Shown here: piece by piece, positions 54,326 through 64,000 of the stretch
How positions within the stretch are numbered: position 1 is the stretch's first letter
Layout: each line of letters starts with the position of its first letter
From: the human T2T-CHM13v2.0 reference genome, Homo sapiens
Length of the DNA stretch: 64,000 bases
Assembly: GCF_009914755.1 (NCBI RefSeq)
Contig: NC_060946.1
Direction: 5' to 3' (one strand)
The notes under the pieces: generated by a model
What the model was told of the DNA's origin: nothing
The model's input: the letters and a program-made list of their open reading frames with translations, nothing else
Database searches by the model: none
Program-made: the position numbers and the translations under genes

Positions 54326-56164
54326 CTACCTTATTTATCTTGAGTTGCATCTGTGGCTTTTCATTGTAGACGAAGGTACAGAGCCAAGTAGCCTCTACTG
54401 AGTCCCAGCTCTGATTTCCTTATGACTTTATGTCTTCCCAGAAGTGGGGGTTTGGGTAAGGAGCAGTAGGCTGGGCTCATGTCACACTATCCTGAGACAT
54501 TGACAGTGTTTTTCCATTGCTTCAAATTAAATTTCTGTCTGGATGTGCCACATTGAATCAAATCTGTCTCTTCAAGCATACCACCATAAAATTTATTTCC
54601 CCAGGTGGCCTTCTTTTATTTATTTTTTCTTTTGTTAACATATTCAAGAGTAATCAGAGATGCAGTGTTCAGTCAGGTTTCAAGGATAATTGACTTTGAC
54701 TTTTGGGGAAATACCAAGAGGAACAGGCTGACTCCTAAGAATATTTCCTTACTGGAAATTATGGCCTAAGCGTTATTCATTCATTCATCCAACAAATATT
54801 TGTTAAGCATCTTCTATAAGATATGCCTCCTGCTTATAATTTTATACACTCTAACACAGGTTTGAATATGGACTCCATCACTTACTGCTGGCCAACATCA
54901 TCCATTTATTCATTGTGTAATGATTATGTATCTTCTATGTACAAAGCAGCACGCATACATTGAGAGCAAGTTATAGCATCCAAATTTAATGGTTACTGGG
55001 TGCAGGAGGAATGAGATGACTAAGTACTTTATAAAAGTTTCTGTTGCTTCTATACTAATGTTTGAGATGGTGGGACGGTGTGTGTGGGGAAGTTCCTTCC
55101 AATCAAAAGCAAGATGTTCTCCTAACCCTTAAAAGTCAGACAAGGGATAGTCATTAAGATATGCAAAGGACAGCTTTCAAGAGGGTGCTATTGGAAGACT
55201 CTGGGGTTTGGCCTATGGTACATGTTCTCTAGGAAGGACTACCAAGGATTCTGTTGAGGTATGGCTCTTGACGTGTTAAATTCTAATCTTGGGGCCTGAG
55301 TATTGTTGCACTATGTGGGTACGGTTTTCCCCATTTATGTCTACAAATACAAAATCTTTAAGAGATGAAAAAATCTTAATGTCTTAGCAGTTATATCTAT
55401 TCTTCTCCACCTCATTAACACCACCAGGGAGCATGGTAGAGTAACTGTGGGTGGTAGGTCAAATGATTTTTAAGGAGAACAGTTCAAATTCAGGAAGGCC
55501 AATGACAGGGCACAAAAACCAAACAAGAGTTCTGAGAGGATGGAAGAAGGTCCTGATATCCTGGGCTTGCCCCACTCTCACCTATCCTGACATAAGTGAG
55601 AAACAAACAGGTTTCTTCTATTCTGGAGAGCTCTTCCCTCAGGGAGGTTAGAGAGAACAAGTTTGATGGGCTAAGGCAAATGCTCACAGAAACTGAACTC
55701 TCTCCTTGTCCAAAGTGCATGGTTTCGATCCGTGTAAAGCTCATAGACTAGTGGGAGAGATAAATAAATAGCCAAGCTCCATCTGTCTCATGATAGGAAG
55801 AGAGCTGGGTGCTGTGGAAACACATTTCAAGGGGAAATTTAAACAATCTCAGAAAACTGGCTGTGAAAGCCAGTCTTTCTCTTCTTCTCTTGACCAGCAG
55901 TTAGTCAAAAGAAGAGGAAGAAGGGAAATGATGGTGGGGGGATAAAAAAAGGTGTACAAGACTAGAAAACAGCACATACAAAGGCCTGGAGGTATAAGTA
56001 AAGGTTAGAAGAGAGTGATATAATTATTTCTGTAAGTCTAAACTGTAAAATAGGGCTAGAGTGAAGCAGATAGAAGGAGGAAGAAGGAGATTTGTGTGGG
56101 GGTCGGGGGAGGCTAGCTAGAGATAAAATCAGAGAGGCAAGCATGGGTCTGGATCATGCAGGGT

Positions 56165-56610
56165 CTTACAGCCATGTTCCTTCCCACACTGACTCTGGGC
56201 TTGGCCATGTGACCTTATTTGTTTGGGTCAATGAAATGACGGCAGAGACTTGAAAACCACCTGCACATTAGGGCTTGGTCTCTTTCTCTTGCTGTTTTTC
56301 GGACGTAGCCAGCATATGAAGAAGTCCACACTAACTAGCTGGATGAGAGACTTGGAGAGACATGGGGTCATTTGTGCTCATCATCTCAGCAAATAATCGG
56401 ACATCCGGGGCCAGCCAGCCCTTGGCTAATCTAACAACTGAACACAAGCGCATCAATGTGCCCAGCTGACACCACATTGCATAACAATGATTTTTTAGGC
56501 TGAGCCCTGTCCAAATCCCCAGCCTGCAGAATCATGAGCAAATAAATGTTGGTTTTTTTTCAACCCATTAAGTTGTGGGGTCATTTATTAGGCAGTAGTT
56601 GAAAATAATA
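56165..56610 (+). mobile_element. MLT1F/G/H-like MaLR LTR
   Basis: CTCTGGGCTTGGCCATGTGAC..GCAGAATCATGAGCAAATAAATG..TAAGTTGTGGGGTCATTT. Confidence 0.75.
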
Positions 56611-57167
56611 TGACTCTCATCTCCACCAAGTTCCTAAGGGAGCAAAACACATAAGAACCAACCGAAAGATGTGTCCAAATTCTATTTCATTATTAGTGGA
56701 CCCAGCACTCAATAACCCCAATGTATAGATCTATGATAAAAGTTGTATTGAGCTATTGGGCTTAGCCCTGCAGTTCCAAGTGACGCTCCTATTTTCCCTT
56801 AAATAAAAACCTTAGGAGCAGGATGTTTTGATTGCTCGTAGGGTAAACAGAAAGACAGGTGGACCTTGAAAGAACTTGATTCAATACAGAGTGGAATAGG
56901 AGGCACCGAAGAGGGAATGGCTCCTGGGTGCCCTGACTACTAGGAGAAGAATGCAAAGCCAATGTCTTGGATGCTAACCAATCAGATTAGCAGCTCTCTC
57001 TTCATGGGGATGGAGAAAGAGGTAGGAAGAGGTGATCAGCAGCAATAGTGAGAAGGCAGAATTGTTTCATTTGGCAAAGAAGCTTTCAGATAACATTGGT
57101 TGCGTGCTTAGTAATGATCTCTGTTCTTAAGGAGCTCAGTGTAGTGAGAAAGATGTGAACAAAATAC

Positions 57168-58165
57168 CTTCCAGTCAGGGTCCAGTCAGGAAGACAGAAA
57201 GAACACTAAGTATTTTAGCCAAGAGAGTATGATCATAGGGATTTGTCAAAGAGAGTTGGGGAAACTGAGAAAGCCAAAGGAAGCACTGGAGTGCTGGAGA
57301 GATTGTAATTTAGGAGGCAGCCATCACTAATAGGGCTGGTGAGGAAAAGGGGGTAGTTGGGGTTACCAGATCCTAAAAACCTGGAAGAGGAGCCCTAAGG
57401 AACCAGGATGCAGATCTCAAGGAAAGCATGCTTCCTTCCTGGTTGATGCTGGTGCCTCGGGAGCTCAGGGGACCCCAGTAGAGATGCATGCAGATGCACC
57501 CCTCCCTCCAATGGAAGGACATTGACCAGTTGGTACTGGGAGGGCATAAAGAAACTATAAAGTACAAACAACACCTGTGCCAGGTGAAAGGCAATTGCTG
57601 GGGCAAAACTGACAGAAACCACAGGCCCACAGAAAGAAGCAAATCCCTTCTTCCTGCCGTGCAGCCCCCCTGGAATGCAAATGACTGGCAGAATATAGTA
57701 AGAACTCCCATAGTAAGAGAGTGATAGGGTTTGACTGTGTCCCCACCCAAATCTTGTCTTGAATTGTAGCTCCCATAATCCCCACGTGTTGTGGGAGGGA
57801 CCTGGTGGGAGGTAATTGAATCATGGCAGTGCGTTTTTCCTGTGCTGTTTTCATGTTAGTGAATAAGTCTCATGAGATCTGGTAGTTTTATAAATGGGAG
57901 TTTCCCTGCACAAGCTCTCTTGCCTGATGCCATGTAAGATGTGATTTTGCTCCTCATTCACCTTCCGCCATGACTGTGAGGCCTCTCCAACCATGTGGAA
58001 CTGTGAGTCAATTAAACACTTCTCCTTTATAAATTACCCAGTCTCGGGTATGTCTTCATTAGCAGCATGAGAACAGACTGATACTAATACAGGGAGATAT
58101 GTGGTTTGCAGAGAGCCCTAGTTTCAGCCTTAGAAACAGAGCAAAGAAGGACAGGTCTGGAGCTG
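57168..58165 (-). mobile_element. Old ERVL-class LTR (LTR67B-like), split by THE1
   Basis: CCAGTCAGGGTCCAGTCAGGAAGACAGAAA terminus; resumes after THE1 with GGAGATATGTGGTTTGCAGAG. Confidence 0.5.
57722..58091 (+). mobile_element. THE1B-like MaLR solo LTR
   Basis: TGATAGGGTTTGACTGTGTCCCCACCCAAATC..GGGAGTTTCCCTGCACAAGCTCTC..CTAATACA; TSD GAGAG/GGGAG. Confidence 0.93.
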
Positions 58166-59184
58166 AGACACAGGGACTTCATCCCTAGGTGAGTGATGTA
58201 TACACGCATATCCTTAGCACAGCAGCAGGACAAAGGAAGGGGAATGTCTACTGGAGCGGAGGCATCACACAGCCTAATAGTAAGATCTACCAAAGCCAAG
58301 CTCCCTAGACATGGCTTTCCGAAGTGGTGCAGTTAGCACTGCTGGGACTTTAGAGAAGTTTAGATGGTGTGCAGCTGTAGAATGAAATAACATTGAGCAA
58401 CGTGATGAAACAGTTAATCCTTGTTCATCTTCCATTGTTTCTGATTAAGGCAAGCAGGAAGTCCCAGTTTAGTGTCACCATATCCTCAGTAGCATTCTAA
58501 CCCTTGCTGTAATGTATTTTAACAAAGAGAGAGCAGGCCTCAGGCTCAGAACCTGTAGCTGGCAGCACTTTCAAGTTTAATGACATTATATTGACTTTGT
58601 AGAATTTATTCTTTATGCATACCTTCTGGTTTGTGGGGAGGAGTTCTGGTTTTTCATTTACTAGACATTCTTAGTTAAGTAATTTAATTAAGTATAATGT
58701 GAGTAGATTTAAACCTAGACAGTAAGTAAATGCTAATGGAGTATATAGATATAGCAAAAAAAGAAAAAAATATATAGAAAGTGGTATGGAAATGACCTAC
58801 ACTTGAAGAAAAACTTTCCCAATCCATAGATAGCCACTGGTTAGAGATTAAGCATTAATACAATTAAGGAGTGGAGAATGATGAATCTGGGGTATCACAA
58901 AGAGGACATTTGTAAGTAATTTTGAGCAATGGGCTTCTTACCTCAGCCAGGGGAGGATGTCTGGATTAGTCCACTGGAACCATTCCTGCCATTTGGCAAC
59001 CTTCTTCCCCCAAAGCAAAAGTGTTTCTGGCAAAATAAGCACAACTGCTTGGGAAATTCAACATAGAGATTTAATTTTTACACTCAGATCTCTTGTGTTC
59101 TCCAAGTAATAACCAGACTTGTTGGTTTTCTTAGAGCCGACACTCTAATAAAATTTCCTTCAAAGTCCTATGACCATGATCCCA

Positions 59185-59320
59185 TTAGAATATGACCCCC
59201 ATGAAGGAAGGCCAGGACTTTGTCAGTATTGGCCGCTGTTGTATTTCCAGGGTCTAGGACACTGCATGGCATATACCAGGACAAAGTAAATATATATGAA
59301 TATATGAATGAATAAATAAA
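59185..59320 (+). mobile_element. L2 3' end
   Basis: CCATGAAGGAAGG..GACTTTG..CTAGGACACTGCATGGCATA..GAATGAATAAAT. Confidence 0.65.
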
Positions 59321-59524
59321 AGCATTGAAGGGTTTTCAGACTTTTAAAACTTTGGCATCCTTTCTTGACAAGAAATCCTAAGCCAATATTGGAGCTGCTC
59401 TGAAAACATTGTGGATTGAAAGGTTTTGTCTATTTTGCTTTTTTTACTCCCTTCATTTGATAATCATATCTCAATTATTATTGCAACATCTCTACAAAGT
59501 GTTTCAAGGGTACTTGGTTTCACC

Positions 59525-59885
59525 TGATATGGTTTGGCTCTGTGTCCCCACCCAAATCTCATCTTGAATTGTAATCCCCAAGCATCAGAGGGAACTGGTG
59601 GGAGGTGATTGGATCATGGGGGTGGTTTCTCCTATGCTGTTCTTGTGCTAGAGAGTGAGTTCTCATGAGAGCTGATGGTTTTAAAATATGGCACCTCCTC
59701 ACTCTCTCTTTTCCTGCTGCCGTGTAAGACATGCCTTGCTTTGCCTTTCCCTTCGACCATGATTGTATGTTTCCTGAGGTCTCCTCAGCCATGCAGAACT
59801 GTGAGTCAGTTAAACGTCCATTTTTTTCTTCATAAATACCCAGTCTCAGGTATTCTTTATAGCAGTGTGATAAAAGACTAATACA
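59525..59885 (+). mobile_element. THE1D/MSTA-like MaLR solo LTR
   Basis: TGATATGGTTTGGCTCTGTGTCCCCACCCAAATCTCATC..CCCAGTCTCAGGTATTCTTTATAGC..GACTAATACA. Confidence 0.93.
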
Positions 59886-60429
59886 ACCTCTTTTTGAGAT
59901 CAGGAAATAAAAATCCAGGTTATGTAATGACTAGCCCAGAAACAAACAGTCGTAAGAAGCAGGCATGGGACTAAAGCCTAGGTTTTCATCACAAAGCCTT
60001 GCTTCCTCTCTATAAAGAGTCAGTGGCAACCCTGGAGACTCTGGATCATTTTACCTTCCTCTAATCAACACGGCAATTAGTTTATGTCAGTTCAGAGAAC
60101 AATCAGTCAAATGGGCTGTTTGGGGTCAACTAGATGAACAACCATTTGGCTGAATACTTTCTTCATTTTTTCAGCTGACAGTTGTGACACTGTATCATCT
60201 TCATTTTTCTACACTAAAGCAATTAATGATGTCTCAAGGAGGTGGATGCCCTTGAGGTTAAATAATGTCAGTAGAACTTCGTTCTCATGGTCAAGCTTAT
60301 ATTTGAGTGTCGTTTTTATGTGGGTCATGAGGGCATCTCACTATGAACTCCTGTGAATAATCTGGACATCCTCAGAAGCATTAATTCATCCTGTTAGCAT
60401 CCTGTTAGAGAATTTTAAAAATTAGGAGT

Positions 60430-60670
60430 GGGTTTTAAAGAATCTTAAAATCTTTGAGTTTAAATGGCATGTAGTCCAACCTCCTAAGTCATCATCTTCA
60501 AAATGGCCATAACAAAATTGTTGAGTCTACGTCTGAATATTTTCAGGAGACTATAGGGGTTGGGGTTTCAGTATCGTATGAAGCAATTTATTACATTGCC
60601 GGGAAACCCCCAATGTTCGAAAGTTCTTCCCAATATAGAGTGAAACTATTCATGCCTGTAACTTCTCATT
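60430..60670 (-). mobile_element. Possible L3/CR1 remnant
   Basis: TAGTCCAACCTCCT..GAAAGTTCTTCCCAATATAGAGTGAAACT..CCTGTAACTTC resembles the antisense CR1 3' region. Confidence 0.45.
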
Positions 60671-60709
60671 ACGTCAGAGATTTGGGATGTTAGAGAAAAG
60701 GGATCTAAT

Positions 60710-60920
60710 ATTTTTGAGTACTTAAATTTGTGATTCAGCATGATTATCATTTCATGTGTAATTTCTCACTCTTCTATGAGCTAGTTATCATTATCCCCAT
60801 TTTATAGATGGAGAAATCAAAGCTAAGACAACTTGAACAATGTTTCATTCTAACTAATACAAGATATAATTGGGATTTGAATAATGCCTCTCTAGTTTCT
60901 AAGCCAATGCTGTTTCAGTT
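60710..60920 (-). mobile_element. MIR
   Basis: ATTATCCCCATTTTATAGATGGAGAAATCAAAGCT..GGGATTTGAA. Confidence 0.75.
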
Positions 60921-61819
60921 GCCTCATTGTAGTTGCCAAAGCTCTTAGAAATATTATAATCCAATAGTTTTCCACATTTCCTCTTCATAAATGTTACTGA
61001 TACTCCTGTAAGAACAGCTCTCATTACACATTGCTGTGCTTCTCAGTAGTAAGAGACAGGGAGGGAGCTCAGCTACACTATTTTCTCCTTTTTCCTTCCT
61101 CTAGGAAAGCAAGTATCAAAATCTCCAAGAGGCTTGCACTGCTAGGAGAAAGCACATCCACTGTGAAAATATTGACATCTCCCCAATTCTCCGTGCATTC
61201 CACATATATCTTCATTAAGAATCTTTAATAATCTAAACTCTATATCTTACCAGTGATAAATTGGCTACCTAGATGGGTAAATTTCAAAAGAAATGTTTGT
61301 AGATGGATGTTCACTGAAGGTGAGTCTACAGCAGGGGAACATTTGAGTATATCCAAAGGGCAGTTAGATTAGTTCAGAGTCAACTTCAAACTGGAGCCTT
61401 TTCTGGTCAGAGAGATATATACTCCGGGACTTCAAAAGCAACTTGTACAGAAATCCAAAGTCTGTGACAAAGGTGAGCTATCGTAGTCCATGCAGCTTCA
61501 GTACCATTTATCTACATGAAAGAGATCTGGAATAGATGTGCCTACAACTTGAATTTAGGGTCAATGTAGAAGAAGACATTTGTCACAATCTTCAAATCAG
61601 TTTAGGCAATTTTTATCTGGATAAATCATGTCTAATCTATTTGCTGCAATTTAAAGACAAATTTGAAGTCAGTTCTTATTTCAGTTTTTCATCTCTGCAA
61701 CCTATTTGACAAAAATCTTACTGGGTTTCTATTCTTACTCAGTATAGGAAAGAGTGACTTTTGGCTGGTTTCTAGTGGAATTAAAAATAAATTATTACAC
61801 CTCCCCTGTGTGACACAAA

Positions 61820-62005
61820 CATTTGCAAACTTTATTGCATTAAGCCTTCACAATAGCCTTTTGAGGTGCATATTACTGTTTTCATAGTACAAGATGGGGA
61901 AATTGAGGCTCACTGAGTTTTGTAACTTGTGAAAATTTGAATGGTAGACACTGAAGGCTAGAGCCAGGATTTGAATCTTGGTAGCTTGAATAGCTTTAAT
62001 TAACA
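61820..62005 (-). mobile_element. MIR
   Basis: AGATGGGGAAATTGAGGCTCA..TAACTTG..AGAGCCAGGATTTGAATC. Confidence 0.75.
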
Positions 62006-62055
62006 CTAGAGAAACTCCTACAGAGTCTAAAAATTCCTTGGGTCTATAGTAGAAC

Positions 62056-64000
62056 TTTTTTAAAAAAATTTTATTATACACCAAGTTCTGGGATACATGT
62101 GCAGAACCTGCAGGTTTGTTACATAAGTATACACATGCCATGGTGGTTTGCTGCACCCATCAACCCGTCATCTACATTAGGTATTTCTCCTAATGCTATC
62201 CGTCCCCTAGCACCCCACCCCGCAACAGGCCCTGGTGTGTGATGTTTCCCTCCCTGTGTCCATGTGTTCTCATTGTTCAACTCCCACTTATGAATGAGAA
62301 CATGCAGTGTTTGGTCTTCTGTTATTATGTTACTTTGCTGAGAATGATGGTTTTCAGCTTTATCCATGTCCCTGCAAAGGATATGAACTCATCTTTTTTT
62401 TATGGCTGCATACGATTCCATGGGGTATATGTGCCACATTTTCTTTATCCAGTCTATCATTGATGGGCATTTGAGTTGGTTCCAAGTCTTTGCTATTGTG
62501 AACAGTGCTGCAATAAACATACATGTGCATGTGTCTTTATAGTAGAATAATTTATAATTCTTTGGGTATATACCCAGTAATGGGATTGCTGGGTCAAATG
62601 GTATTTCTGGTTCTAGATCCTTGAGGAATCGCCACACTGCCTTCCACAATGGTTGAACTAATTTATACTCCCCACCAGCAGGATAAGTGTTCCTATTTCT
62701 CCACATCCTCTCCAGCGTCTGTTGTTTCCTGACTTTTTAATGATCGCCGTTCTAACTGATGTGAGATGTTATCTCATTGTGGTTTGATTTGCATTTCTCT
62801 AATGACCAGTGATGATGAGCTTTTCTTCATACGTTTGTTGGCTGCATAAATTCTTTTGAGAAGCATCTGTTCATATACTTCGTCCACTTTTCGATGGGGT
62901 TGTTTGTTTTTTTCTTATAAATTTGTTTAAGTTCTTTGTGTATTCTGGATATTAGCCCTTTGTCACATGGATAGATTGCAAAAATTTTCTCCCATTCTGT
63001 AGGTTGCCTGTTCACTCTGATGATAGTTTATTTTGCTGTGCAGAAGCTATTTAGTTTAATTAGATCCCATTTGTTAATTTTGGCTTTCGTTGCCATTGCT
63101 TTTGGTGTTTTAGTCATGAAGTCTTTGCCCATGCCTACGTCCTGAATAGTATTGCCTAGGTTTTCTTCTAGTGTTTTTATGGTTTTAGGTCTTACATTGA
63201 AGTCGTTAATCCACCTTGAGTTAATTTTTGTATAAGGTGTAAGGAAGGGGTCCAGTTTCAGTTTTCTGCATATGGCTAGCCAGTTTTCCCAACACCATTT
63301 ATTAAATAGGGAACCTTTTCCCCATTGCTTGCTTTTGTGAGGTTTGTCAAAGATCAGATGGTTGTAGATGTGTGGTGTTATTTCTGAGGCCTCTGTTCTG
63401 TTTCATTGGTCTCTGTATCTGTTTTGGTACCAGTACAATGCTGTTTTGGTTACTGTAGCCTTGTAGTATAGTTTGAAGTCAGGTAGTGAGATGCCTCCAG
63501 CATTGTTCTTTTTGCTTAGGATTTTCTTGGCTATGTGGGCTCTTTTTTGGTTCCATATGAAATTTAAAGTGGATTTTTCTAATTCTGTGAAGAAAGTTGA
63601 TGGTAGCTTGATGGGTATAGCATTGAATATATAAATTACTTTGGGCAGTATGGCCATTTTCATGATTTTGATTCTTCATTTTCATGAGCATGGGATGTTT
63701 TTCCATTTGTTTGTGTCCTCTCTTATTTCCTTGAGCAGTTGTTTGTAGTTCTCCTTGAAGAGGTCCTTCACATTGCTTGTAAGTTGGATTTTTAGGTATT
63801 TTATTCTCTTTGAAGCAATTGTGAATGGGAGTTCACTCACGATTTGGCTCTCTGCTTGTCTATTGTTGCTGTATAGGAATGCTTGTGATATTTGCACATT
63901 GATTTTGTATCGTGAGACTTTGCTGAAGTTGCTTATCAGCTTAAGGAGATTTTTGGCTGAAAGGATGGGGTTTTCTCAATATACAATCATGTCATCTGTA
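62056..64000 (-). mobile_element. L1PA (about PA7) 3'UTR and ORF2 C-terminal part, continuing past the window end
   Basis: ORFs 62389-62706 (LVQPLWK..DPAIPLLGIYP) and 63403-63663 ([18 protein letters not shown]); L1PA 3' end at 62056-62300. Confidence 0.97.

Noticed and set aside
57373-57854. Cluster of overlapping ORFs up to 125 aa
   Set aside because: Lies within old LTR and THE1 sequence; no coding features
61560-61665. DKSCLIYLLQFKDK resembling a CR1 RT motif
   Set aside because: Too short and degenerate to call without an HMM search

Overview
Primate (human/ape-like) non-coding genomic DNA, AT-rich and CpG-poor, dominated by interspersed repeats: Alu (J/S/Y), L1 (L1PA, L1M), L2, MIR, ERVL/MaLR/ERV1 LTRs and Tigger/hAT DNA transposons. 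No host protein-coding exon, RNA gene or CRISPR array can be supported. The only real coding signal is decayed retroelement sequence (HERV-S/HERVL18 gag-pro-pol, L1 ORF1/ORF2). I found no new multi-gene system; the interesting signal is structural. (1) A HERV-S provirus is split at the RT YVDD motif into two opposite-strand pieces about 7.9 kb apart, with a 12-nt overlap at both breakpoints, which points to an inversion. (2) Four retro-insertions have a 5'-inverted (twin-priming-type) structure, including a rare inverted Alu nested in an inverted L1. (3) There are two local duplications of non-repeat DNA. (4) A perfect NRF2/NF-E2 ARE motif lies in a unique, enhancer-like segment. Subfamily names were assigned by eye from remembered consensus sequences, and boundaries of old repeats are approximate.
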